A DNA stretch of 64,000 nucleotides from Bacteriovoracia bacterium (GTDB lineage: Bacteria; Bdellovibrionota; UBA1018; JBFWNL01): NCBI GenBank assembly GCA_050251055.1, contig JBFWNL010000001.1:363825-427824 (forward strand), given 5' to 3'. The translations under genes were made by a program, and so were the position numbers. Shown one piece after another: positions 46,885 to 56,049 of this stretch (positions are counted from its first letter, which is position 1; each line of letters opens with the position of its first letter). The notes beneath the pieces are model-generated. The model saw nothing but the letters and a program-made list of their open reading frames with translations. It was not told the DNA's origin and did not search any database.

Positions 46885-48048
46885 CTAGTTAGGGCGCTGA
46901 CCCGCACCCGTAAGGCTTGAACTGCCGCTTCCACCCTCGCTAGGCCCGCGGTTTTGGTTCTGGTTTCCCATGGAATTCGCTAAATCCCGGTCGCTCATCG
47001 CGGTGGCGTCTTCATCATTAGCCGTGAAGATCACGTTTTCCCTCACGCAGCTCGACCAGTGCCGGGCGATGTCCGTGTAATCGAAAACCAATTGAAAGCG
47101 AAGCCGCTCGTTCGTGCTCGCGCGCAGGAAGTTGAGGCTGAGGACAAACCGGACTTTCAAGGCCGGAGGGAAGGTAAACCGTATACACACCCGCCCCTGC
47201 GGATCCACCATGCGAGTCCCGCCCTCGAAGCGCCCCGTCAGCGGATTGTAGTAAGTGCTAAAGCCCTTGTGGCTGTAGCTTCCGAGGGTAAGCCCGCCTC
47301 CCGTCCCCGATTCCAGATCGGAGTTCTGCAAAAGCTCATTATTCGAGGAGACAGGTGTCGTGGGGAGGCTGGGACCGTCGCTCCGGTGTCCGAAGAACTG
47401 GCAAAGGGATCGTGCGGAGGCCGTGGACGGCAGGCCGGTTTGAAAGAGATCGATAAACTCATCGCGGCAAAGCCTCGCCAGCGACGGGCCGGAAATCGCG
47501 AATTGGGGCGCGCTGAGTCGGCGGATGCGGACGAAACTCTCCGCATCTTCCAAGGAAGTCTGGTGACCACTACTGTAATCCACCGGGACGTCAAATCCCT
47601 CAAGCCAGGTAAACCCAAAACGCCCGTACTCGTCCTGAACTTGGGCCACCGCAATGCCGCCCATGTCGATTTGTATTACCTCCTCCGATGGCGTGCCTAG
47701 ATCCAGAAGCGAACCGGAGTTGATGGGCGGGGCTCCCAAGATCGGGCTGCGCGGTACGCCAGAGTTGTTTCCGCCCGACGATGCACTCGCCAAGCTTTCC
47801 GGCGCGAAGGAAAGATTTAATCGATCGATGTCGGCTGCGGCCTGGTCATCCAAGGTCAGCAATGCCTGCTCGCCGGGAAGCAATACACTGCGATCCAGGC
47901 CCACCGTTAGCGCGGAGGTCGTCACGTAACTAGGCGCCCAGTTACGGCCGGCGTTGAGGGCGGAAAGACCGGAGCAACCGGCCAGCAAAAGTGCAGGCCC
48001 CGCCAACAGAATGAACGCATGTCTATGCAAAACGTTCGGCCGATTCAT
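46885..48048 (-). CDS. Uncharacterised lipoprotein (tandem paralogue B)
   Basis: Lipobox LAGC; blocks shared with 48052..49191. Confidence 0.85.
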   Translation of the reverse strand: MNRPNVLHRHAFILLAGPALLLAGCSGLSALNAGRNWAPSYVTTSALTVGLDRSVLLPGEQALLTLDDQAAADIDRLNLSFAPESLASASSGGNNSGVPRSPILGAPPINSGSLLDLGTPSEEVIQIDMGGIAVAQVQDEYGRFGFTWLEGFDVPVDYSSGHQTSLEDAESFVRIRRLSAPQFAISGPSLARLCRDEFIDLFQTGLPSTASARSLCQFFGHRSDGPSLPTTPVSSNNELLQNSDLESGTGGGLTLGSYSHKGFSTYYNPLTGRFEGGTRMVDPQGRVCIRFTFPPALKVRFVLSLNFLRASTNERLRFQLVFDYTDIARHWSSCVRENVIFTANDEDATAMSDRDLANSMGNQNQNRGPSEGGSGSSSLTGAGQRPN

Positions 48049-48051
48049 GTT

Positions 48052-49191
48052 TTAATTTCGTGAATTACCAGTGGAAGCGGTCGTGCCCGTCATTGAAGCG
48101 CCGCTACCCCCACCCCGAGTGCCGTCGTTAGTTCCGAGCCGGTTATCCAAGCTTTGGTCGCTAATGGCGTTGGCATCGGCATCCGAAGCGGTATACATCA
48201 TATTTCCCGCCGAGCACTGCGCCCAGTTCCGAACGGGATCGGTGTAGTCAAAGAAGATATCGAACGTCATCCGTTCGTTTGTGGAAGAACGCATGAAACT
48301 TAAAGTTAACTTGAACCGAATTTTGAGATCTAGAGGCACACTGTAAACTAAGCAGGCAAGATGTCCGTTTTCGTCCGCCATGCGACCGGCTATCTCCGCC
48401 CGACCGGTAAAAGGGTTTGTGTAGTAATGAAACGTCTTGCCGTTGACATTCTGAGATAGGATCGGTTCCGGAAGGCTAGGCACGTTGTTTGGATCGCCGT
48501 GCCCAAAGAATGCACATAGGCGACGCGCCGAAAGCCGATTCGGCAAACCAAACTGCAGAAGCCCAATGTGCTGCTCGCTGCAAAATCTTGCCAGCGAAGG
48601 CCCGCCGATTGAAAACTGCGTTGAACTGAGACGACGAACACGCAAAAACGATTCGGCGTCCGACTGCGAACCTTCATGAGCGTAGGTAGAAACTGGACTG
48701 GTACCTACGATCCCCGCCATTTGCGCGCGAAGAATTTCCTCTTCGTCTGCTTCTCCCTTGCTCAACCGCAGGAGCACTTGAAACAACTCGTCGCCCGTAA
48801 GCGGGCTACGACCGCCTGGTCGTACGAAACCTAGTGAATCGGATGGATGGAAAAAACTATCGACAAATGCCTTAAATTCACCGACGTCAATTTCACGAGA
48901 AGGCGAATTGCGGTCGCTAGTATGACCAAGGCTCGACTGGGTTTGAATATGTTCCGGTAAGAAAAATACGTTCAGGGTATTGATGTCCTGGGCGGCGCGC
49001 TCATCCAGGGTTAACACCGCCTGCTCTCCAGGCAGGAGAATACTGCGATCCAGGCCGACTGAAAGCGCCGACGTGGTAACGTAGTTCGGGGTCAGATTCC
49101 GACCCGCACTCAAGGTAGAAAGCCCACACCCACTCGCCGCGCTCAGCGCGAGCAGAATCAGAGCTGATCTTTGTGCACCTACGTTCCGCAT
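48052..49191 (-). CDS. Uncharacterised lipoprotein (tandem paralogue A)
   Basis: Lipobox ASGC; SD GGAAGGG; blocks shared with 46885..48048. Confidence 0.85.
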   Translation of the reverse strand: MRNVGAQRSALILLALSAASGCGLSTLSAGRNLTPNYVTTSALSVGLDRSILLPGEQAVLTLDERAAQDINTLNVFFLPEHIQTQSSLGHTSDRNSPSREIDVGEFKAFVDSFFHPSDSLGFVRPGGRSPLTGDELFQVLLRLSKGEADEEEILRAQMAGIVGTSPVSTYAHEGSQSDAESFLRVRRLSSTQFSIGGPSLARFCSEQHIGLLQFGLPNRLSARRLCAFFGHGDPNNVPSLPEPILSQNVNGKTFHYYTNPFTGRAEIAGRMADENGHLACLVYSVPLDLKIRFKLTLSFMRSSTNERMTFDIFFDYTDPVRNWAQCSAGNMMYTASDADANAISDQSLDNRLGTNDGTRGGGSGASMTGTTASTGNSRN

Positions 49192-49256
49192 ACCCTTCCA
49201 TTTTAGAAAAAATGGGCGAAGTTCTCAACTCGTCGAGTTATCAAAAAATCAATTAA

Positions 49257-49269
49257 AATCAATAATTTA
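49257..49269 (+). promoter_or_regulatory. IHF consensus site
   Basis: AATCAATAATTTA matches WATCAANNNNTTR, with an A-rich tract upstream. Confidence 0.5.
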
Positions 49270-49414
49270 AATGTACACTAAAGAATTCCTTAACATTCTG
49301 CATCCCATCCCACCCCCTCCCCTGGCGACACCGCACCTTGTATTTTTTTCTGAGCCTGACTTGGCCGCACGGAGCCGGGAGGGAAAAAACCAATCTTTCC
49401 GCGAAGCCTTACCG

Positions 49415-49430
49415 TGGCCTGCCCCTTGCT
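49415..49430 (+). promoter_or_regulatory. Sigma54 -24/-12 promoter for the M4 peptidase
   Basis: TGGCCTGCCCCTTGCT with GG-N10-GC spacing; about 100 nt upstream of ATG 49532. Confidence 0.6.
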
Positions 49431-49531
49431 TTACTGAGCAATGGGGGGACGATGCCAGTTCAGGGAATTTGAACTTGGCGCGAACCAAATACAGTCTGAC
49501 TGAACTGCACGGCCCAAGGAGAGGGGGACGC

Positions 49532-51172
49532 ATGGATACTCGCGTGGTTTGCAGGGATTCGTTTTTTCTATTCATCGTGATGAATTTGGCGATTCTAATG
49601 TCGCCGCTACTAGAAGGAGCTCGCGCGGACGAAGGCATGACCGCGCTAAAGCTCGGAAAGTCGCGGGGCGCGCTCGAGGCGCTGGCGGGAATTGGCGCCC
49701 TGAATCTAGAGCTGAACCTAGAGAAGGTCAGCGCCATGAAACTTCTGATGAGAGGCTCAGCTAAGTCGGCCCTGAAGGCCGAGCAGCTCATCGCGGGCGA
49801 CGAAATCATCACGAGCCGGTTCCAACAGGAGTTCGATGGCCTGGAAGTGATCGGCGGCTTCGCCCTTCACCAACGCCGGGTGGGCGAAGCCTCGCTCCTG
49901 GGTCTCTCGATGCCTGGAACCGAGCTGGTGCTGGATCGTACGGCCCGCTTTGATCTGAACACGCAGGCAGGACTCTCTGAGAGTGAATCGGTCGCGATCG
50001 CGCTTTCGTTCGCGGCCGCGCCCGGAGAAGTCCGCGACCTGGCGGCTAAACCCAGCTTGAAAATCCTACCCAGTGAAGACCGCACGTCCGCGCAGCTCAT
50101 TTACTGGGTTCCGGTGGCCGCGGTGGCCGACGACGGCGCGCACGACCTTTTGATCGACGCCCATACCGGACAAGTAATCGCCGACCTCACGCACCGCATG
50201 GACTTCGCGCGTCCGCGCCGCAAACCCAAACCGGTTCCGGCGCCCGCACCCACGCCCGTGCCTACGCCAAAGCCCAGCCCGTCACCGACTCCGACCCCGA
50301 CGGAGCCGGACCTGGCGATCATCGAAGTTTACGATGCTAATAATGCCTCTCCAAACGACATCGTACTGAGTCGCTACGAGCAGGTCGTGAGCAATGGGCG
50401 CGCTAGCCCGCGCGCCGATCAAAGCGCAAAGAATGCCTTGGCCAACGCCCAGGCGACGCTCAAGTTTCTGCGCACGGCCCTCGGACGCGAAAGTTACGAC
50501 GGCAAGGGAAGCTCCGCGCGCAGCCTCGTGCATATGGGTACGAGCTACGCCAACGCCTTTTGGGACTCCGATTTGAAGATCATGGCCTACGGCGATGGGG
50601 ACGGCGTCACGCTCAAAGACATGACGTTGGGCTTGGATGTCGCCGGCCACGAAATGACCCACGGAATGGTCTCGGCGACGGCGAACCTCATCTACATGGG
50701 GGAATCGGGCGCCATGAACGAGGCCATTGCCGACTTCTTCGGGGAAATGGTCGAAGGCACGGTCCGCACGAACGACTGGGTGATGGGGCGCGAGCTCTTC
50801 ATCGACGCCCAGGGCGGCGCGAACGGCGTGCGTAACGTCAAGGATCCGCACGCGAAGAAAGCCTCGGGCGATAAACCTTACCCGAAGCATTACAGCGAGC
50901 GTTTCACCACCACCAGCACCTGCTGGATGGGGAACGACAACTGCTTCGTTCACTTGAATTCGACGATTTTCAGTCACGCCGCCTACCTACTGACCGAGAA
51001 GGTCGGCCGGGCCGTGACCCAGAAGTTGATCTACACGACTTTGACCCAGTTCCTCACAACGCGCTCGGGCTTCCGCGAAGCGGGCTCTTCCGTCCGTCAG
51101 GCCTGTCAACTGCTGAACAACTCGAACGTTTGCTCTCAGGTGGATCAAGTTCTCTCAGGGGTAGGCATCTAA
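49532..51172 (+). CDS. M4 (thermolysin-family) metallopeptidase preproprotein
   Basis: SD GAGGGGG; signal peptide; FTP/PepSY-like propeptide (RFQQEFDG, IDAHTG); NAFW, HEMTH, GAMNEA and VHLNS. Confidence 0.93.
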   Translation: MDTRVVCRDSFFLFIVMNLAILMSPLLEGARADEGMTALKLGKSRGALEALAGIGALNLELNLEKVSAMKLLMRGSAKSALKAEQLIAGDEIITSRFQQEFDGLEVIGGFALHQRRVGEASLLGLSMPGTELVLDRTARFDLNTQAGLSESESVAIALSFAAAPGEVRDLAAKPSLKILPSEDRTSAQLIYWVPVAAVADDGAHDLLIDAHTGQVIADLTHRMDFARPRRKPKPVPAPAPTPVPTPKPSPSPTPTPTEPDLAIIEVYDANNASPNDIVLSRYEQVVSNGRASPRADQSAKNALANAQATLKFLRTALGRESYDGKGSSARSLVHMGTSYANAFWDSDLKIMAYGDGDGVTLKDMTLGLDVAGHEMTHGMVSATANLIYMGESGAMNEAIADFFGEMVEGTVRTNDWVMGRELFIDAQGGANGVRNVKDPHAKKASGDKPYPKHYSERFTTTSTCWMGNDNCFVHLNSTIFSHAAYLLTEKVGRAVTQKLIYTTLTQFLTTRSGFREAGSSVRQACQLLNNSNVCSQVDQVLSGVGI

Positions 51173-51251
51173 GCTTCAACTCTTAGGTCGCCTTTCCCGA
51201 CGAGACGGGAGGCCGGCAACAACGGAGCGCACGTTGCCGGCCTTTCCTTTT

Positions 51252-51683
51252 TTACTTTGGATCGATTTCGAAAGTTTCCCGGCCGGGATCGGCCTGGCTC
51301 GGCGCGAAGCGCGCGTTGAACTTAGCCGACGAATATTGGGCTTCGAGTTCCGGGTCAAGCGCCCCGACACAGCGAATCTTTCCCCGCACCTCGGACTTGC
51401 CTTCGCCCGATCCGTACGGTCCTTCTAAAATGCGGTAGCCGGACTTGTGCCGGGAACGACAGATCTCGAACGCCCCGTGCTTGAAGGAGTGCAGGTAAAG
51501 CGAACGCACGTCGTACGTGTCAATACCCTCCGGTCCCTTCGCGCCTTCCGCGACCTTCGCGAAGCTCCCTTTCAACGTGCCCAAGGTGGCGCAGGCGTGC
51601 AGGACGAACACGAAGATCCCCGCGCATAGCGCGATCACGGCTCCACTCTGCATCGACTTGAACTTGCTTACGGACTTTTCCAT
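51252..51683 (-). CDS. Hypothetical lipoprotein
   Basis: Lipobox LHAC; co-oriented downstream of the aspartyl protease gene. Confidence 0.65.
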   Translation of the reverse strand: MEKSVSKFKSMQSGAVIALCAGIFVFVLHACATLGTLKGSFAKVAEGAKGPEGIDTYDVRSLYLHSFKHGAFEICRSRHKSGYRILEGPYGSGEGKSEVRGKIRCVGALDPELEAQYSSAKFNARFAPSQADPGRETFEIDPK

Positions 51684-51695
51684 GCCCCCGCCTTT

Positions 51696-53699
51696 CTATT
51701 GAACGCGGATCGACCCCGACTGCACGGTCTTTCCGGAGACCCATTTCAAACTCAGCTCGTCGCCCCGGCTCCCGGCCAGGTAGCGCTCGACTTCCCAAAG
51801 ATCCAGGTCCTCGGATGGCTGGCCGTTGATCTCGGAAATCACCAGATCCCGGCGCAGACCCCGCTTACGAAGTTCGTCGGCCGGGGTTCCCGGTTGGATC
51901 CCGACTACCTTCAGCACCCGCTCGCCGTCTTTCTGCCACACGAAATCCAGCACCAGACCGGTGCGGTTGGCCGCCACGCTCTGGCCCAACGCCTGATCGG
52001 GGAACCAGATACGTCCGTGCGAAAGATCCAAAGTGTACCCGCCTCGGTCCAAGAGGTCCAAGCCGACGGTCGCGGCGGGAAGCTTACTCGTGAGCTCGGA
52101 GCTGAACCCGGCCGGAGCGCGCGCCGCGATCTTACGCGCGCCACAGAAAAGATCCCAATCCTTTTGGCCCCCAATCGCCGATCGCCAGGGCGAATGAATA
52201 GTGAGCGCGGCATCCCGGCCGGTGTCCCACTCCACCCCCGTCAGGCGTTGGTGCTTCCCCACCGCCTGGCATGCGCTGACCATGCGGCCATCGTCGGTGA
52301 GGGCCACCTCCACCCAGGGCTGGGAACCGCGATGAAAACCGTCCCGCTGCCAAAGCTTCACGTGTACCGGGGCCTCCGGGCTGAACTCGACCGCGTAATG
52401 CCGCAGGAACTCGCGGCCGAGCACGCCATCGCAACAGCGGGCAAAATTCTTAGGGGGGCCGAAGAGGTCCGTCTTGGTCATCCACCACTCCCGCAAGGGC
52501 AAAGACTGGCCGCTCGCACGCACGCCCGGTAAAATGATGGGGCGGGCGAGCGCGGTGCCGCCCAGCCAGCGGATGTCTTCGGGAGCGCGGTCCTTGATCT
52601 CGAGCAGGCTCGCGAACACGCCTTGCGCCTCAAAAAATTCGGGTGAGATCAGATTCTTCTCGGTTCCCGTATCGATTAAAAACTGGCCCGTGAACTTCTT
52701 CAGGCCGATTTCCAAGGTAAGCCTAACGGAATAGTAGCCGTTCCATCGGCGCGCGGGCATGCGCGCGAGCGGCTTCTCCGGGGTCACGCCCGTCGTGGGC
52801 TCCATCAGGGACTCCCACGCCACGTTGTTCAGGCACGCACCGGACTTTTGGGAAGCGGCTTTGGCCGCGCGCTCATAAAAAGCGAACTCTTCTCGCTGGG
52901 CGCGGCTGTGGATCCCCACCGACCAGTCGCGATCCAACGCCTGAATCCAGCGTTCAAAGACACGTTTGCCCTGCTCACGGGCCAGCTCCGCGCTCTTCTC
53001 CGAAACCCGGTCCAGCTGATTGGCCAACGCCGGCTTCTTCTTCTCCACCCAAGCCAGCCAGTCCTTCACGGCGAAGTCGGCCGCCGCGCGCGTGCCTTCC
53101 CGGGTCGAGAACCAGCTCTGGCGCTTGCCGCACGGAAAACGATCCGGGCTCTGGTAGCTCGGCCCCTCGCCCCGTAGGTGGATCACGGTTTGCGCAACGA
53201 GGCCATGGGAGCGCACGCCGAACTTGACCTCGGATGAATCGCCGGCGGCGGTCGCACCGATCGGGGCCGCCTCGAGGCGCAGCACTTCCAAGCTGCGCTC
53301 GATCGCCCAGCGCCGGCGATGCGGATTGATCTCCCGGGGTTCCAGTCGCCAAACGGTTTCCGTGGTCAGTGGCGTTGACGAAACTTCCACCGTACTTTGT
53401 ACGCCCAACTCGCCCGAGGGATTTTCCTCGGATTCGAGCGGCGGGGTAACGAGCGCGTTCGCCGCGGGGGCCTGGAGAGTGCCGGTCACGACATTGGCCG
53501 GCGTTACGGGGGCAGGCCGCGAATCCGGCGCAGAGGAAGCCGCGGGCGCCGGAATAAAGGTCGCCGGCTCGTCGCCGAGAAACTGGATGGCCCCTTCCTG
53601 GTCAGATGCCGCGCGGGCGGAAGCCACCGTAACGGCCGCTACGACAAACACTCCGCAAAGCACCCGACGATCAATTGTCCGATGATCGATCTTTCTCAT
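51696..53699 (-). CDS. Exported retropepsin-like aspartyl protease with C-terminal PDZ domain
   Basis: FLIDTG...DGVLG, second WDTG...TVG; PDZ pattern PGTPA...GLRRDLVISEING. Confidence 0.8.
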   Translation of the reverse strand: MRKIDHRTIDRRVLCGVFVVAAVTVASARAASDQEGAIQFLGDEPATFIPAPAASSAPDSRPAPVTPANVVTGTLQAPAANALVTPPLESEENPSGELGVQSTVEVSSTPLTTETVWRLEPREINPHRRRWAIERSLEVLRLEAAPIGATAAGDSSEVKFGVRSHGLVAQTVIHLRGEGPSYQSPDRFPCGKRQSWFSTREGTRAAADFAVKDWLAWVEKKKPALANQLDRVSEKSAELAREQGKRVFERWIQALDRDWSVGIHSRAQREEFAFYERAAKAASQKSGACLNNVAWESLMEPTTGVTPEKPLARMPARRWNGYYSVRLTLEIGLKKFTGQFLIDTGTEKNLISPEFFEAQGVFASLLEIKDRAPEDIRWLGGTALARPIILPGVRASGQSLPLREWWMTKTDLFGPPKNFARCCDGVLGREFLRHYAVEFSPEAPVHVKLWQRDGFHRGSQPWVEVALTDDGRMVSACQAVGKHQRLTGVEWDTGRDAALTIHSPWRSAIGGQKDWDLFCGARKIAARAPAGFSSELTSKLPAATVGLDLLDRGGYTLDLSHGRIWFPDQALGQSVAANRTGLVLDFVWQKDGERVLKVVGIQPGTPADELRKRGLRRDLVISEINGQPSEDLDLWEVERYLAGSRGDELSLKWVSGKTVQSGSIRVQ

Positions 53700-54961
53700 A
53701 ACTTGTATTTGCCGAGCTCCAGCTTATTCGCCCACCCCGTATGGATCCGCACGCGGTAGAAAGTCCCTTTTTCCAGATAACGCACCGTTTCGATGCTACC
53801 GTAGGTATGGAGCTGAGACTCGAGCTTTCCCTGATCATAGGGTACCACGATATCCCAAACTTCGAGTTGGTTTCGAAAGTGGTTGAGGATCATATCGCGG
53901 AGCTCGCGAACTTCCTCAAGATTCAGCGCCGACAATCGCTTGGCGCCCGGAACCACCAAACGCGCCCGATTCAAACCGGAAGATCCGTCCTTCACTTGGT
54001 CGATCTTATTGAGCACGGTGATGCGATCCTTGCCATCCAGTTCGAGCTCTTTCAGTACCTGCTCAGTGGTCTCGACCTGCTCGCGCGCGCGAATCGCGGA
54101 GGCGTCCACGACATGCACCAGCAAATCGGCTTGATAGAGCTCTTCCAGCGTCGAGCGGAAAGACGCGATGAGCGAGGTCGGGATGTTGCTGATGAAGCCC
54201 ACGGTGTCGATCGCCACCACGGGTGGGTGACTGTCCGGGTCGAGCGCGCGCACGGAAGCATCCAAAGTCGCGAACAGCTTGTCTTCGGCAAGCACGCGAC
54301 TATGCGTTAGGGCGTTGAGCAAGGTCGACTTACCGGCGTTGGTATAGCCCACGAGCGCGACCTTTAAGATATCCGCCCGCCCCGCCCGTTGGACGTTGCG
54401 CTCTTTCTCGATGTCCGAAAGCCGGCGCCGCAAAAGCGTCATGCGCTTCTCGAGCAGTCGCCGATCGACTTCGAGCTGCTTCTCGCCCATCCCCTTTTGC
54501 CCGATCCCGCCGCGCTGACGCTCGAAGTGGGTCCAAAAGTGGGTCAAGCGCGGCATGAGGTATTGCAGCCGCGCGAGTTCGACCTGGGTCTTTGCCTCCT
54601 TGGTCCGCGCGTGGCGGGAGAAAATCTCAATAATGACGCCCGCGCGATCGAGAACCCGTTTTTTCAAGATCTTTTCCAAGTTGTGCATTTGCTTGGGGGA
54701 AAGATCGGTGTCGAAAATTACGGCCTCGGCAAGAAACGCTTCGCCGAGTGCCTTCACCTCGTCCACCTTGCCTTTACCGATATAGGTGGCCGGGGAAATC
54801 TTCTTGAGGGGCGCCACGACTTGCTTGGCCTCTTCCAGCTCGAGCGTGGTGAGCAAACTCTGCATCTCTTCGAGACTGCCAGCGTCGAAACCGACCGTGA
54901 GAACCTTCAGTTTCTCGCCGGCACGAGTCGCGGGTAATAGTGAATCGGAGACTTCCAGCAT
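53696..54961 (-). CDS. hflX: GTPase HflX
   Basis: GYTNAGKST, LFATLD, DTVGFI and NKID motifs. Confidence 0.97.
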   Translation of the reverse strand: MLEVSDSLLPATRAGEKLKVLTVGFDAGSLEEMQSLLTTLELEEAKQVVAPLKKISPATYIGKGKVDEVKALGEAFLAEAVIFDTDLSPKQMHNLEKILKKRVLDRAGVIIEIFSRHARTKEAKTQVELARLQYLMPRLTHFWTHFERQRGGIGQKGMGEKQLEVDRRLLEKRMTLLRRRLSDIEKERNVQRAGRADILKVALVGYTNAGKSTLLNALTHSRVLAEDKLFATLDASVRALDPDSHPPVVAIDTVGFISNIPTSLIASFRSTLEELYQADLLVHVVDASAIRAREQVETTEQVLKELELDGKDRITVLNKIDQVKDGSSGLNRARLVVPGAKRLSALNLEEVRELRDMILNHFRNQLEVWDIVVPYDQGKLESQLHTYGSIETVRYLEKGTFYRVRIHTGWANKLELGKYKL

Positions 54962-55142
54962 GAGCGACCATCTTAGAAACCAAAAAGGAGCCAGGCAACG
55001 CGAATTATTATTCGGACTCGCCGGATTTGCGGCCGCCTTTTAGTTTTTTTGATATGCGATAGGTCAAAAAACAGTTATCAATTCAATGAAAAGGCCCCAG
55101 TGAACAACGCATCGCGTATCAAAAGCGGCCTGACTTCTTTTT

Positions 55143-56027
55143 ATGCTGGTGAATATCAACGGTCACATCACAGAAGCGGCGCAAGCGAAGATTCAAATCT
55201 TTGACCGAGGCTTTTTATACGGCGATAGCCTCTACGAAGTCATGCGTACGCAGAACGGGAAACTCTTCCAAGCGACCGAACATCTCCGACGTTTGGCCAT
55301 CTCCGCCCAGCTCTGCCGCATGACATTAAACCAGACGAACGAGGAGTATGTTCGGGAGATGAACAAGACCCTCGAAGCGTTCCACCGCCTGCCTGGCATG
55401 GCGCGCGCCGAAGCCTACGTGCGCCTCATCGTCACGCGCGGCGTGGGAGAAATCGGATTCGGCCTGAAATCCGTGAAGACGCCATCGCAGTTTGTAATCA
55501 TCGTGAAAGCCCAAGCTCCCCTCACCGACGCCGACTTCGAGCGTGGACTCACCCTGCAGGTTTCCCAACGACTTCGCAACGACCGGCGCGCGCTGGATCC
55601 AGCTATGAAATCGGGCAACTATCTCAATAGCTTGCTCGCGTTTCTAGAAGCCGAAGCAGAAGGTTATAATGATTCGCTGATGGCCAACGCCGAAGGCCAT
55701 TTGACCGAAGGCACGACCTTCAACATCTTCTACGTAAACCGGGGCATCATCGCCACCCCACCGCTCGACATCGGCATACTCGACGGGATCACCCGCCTGG
55801 ACTTAATCCGGGTGGCAAAAAAGCTAGATATTCCCGTGCGCGAAGTGCGCTTCCCTAAAGCAAGACTTTACGAAGCGGACGAAGTTTTCATCTCCAGCAC
55901 CCTGCGCGGAGCCTTCCCCGTCGTTCGGGTCGATAAACACCCCATCGGCCGGGGAGCGCTGGCCGGAAAACCCGGTCCCGTCACCCGGCGCCTTTCGGAA
56001 GCCTACCGCCAGTTCTCCGGCACCTGA
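55143..56027 (+). CDS. PLP-dependent aminotransferase class IV (IlvE/PabC/D-amino acid aminotransferase family)
   Basis: DRGFLYGDSLYE, KSGNY, EGTTFN and ILDGITR. Confidence 0.92.
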   Translation: MLVNINGHITEAAQAKIQIFDRGFLYGDSLYEVMRTQNGKLFQATEHLRRLAISAQLCRMTLNQTNEEYVREMNKTLEAFHRLPGMARAEAYVRLIVTRGVGEIGFGLKSVKTPSQFVIIVKAQAPLTDADFERGLTLQVSQRLRNDRRALDPAMKSGNYLNSLLAFLEAEAEGYNDSLMANAEGHLTEGTTFNIFYVNRGIIATPPLDIGILDGITRLDLIRVAKKLDIPVREVRFPKARLYEADEVFISSTLRGAFPVVRVDKHPIGRGALAGKPGPVTRRLSEAYRQFSGT

Positions 56028-56049
56028 AGGATCAAGGAACCGTCGACCC

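Noticed and set aside
49271-49531. N-terminal 87-aa extension of the M4 peptidase in the ORF track
   Set aside because: Overlaps promoter-like DNA; the SD and signal peptide point to ATG 49532.
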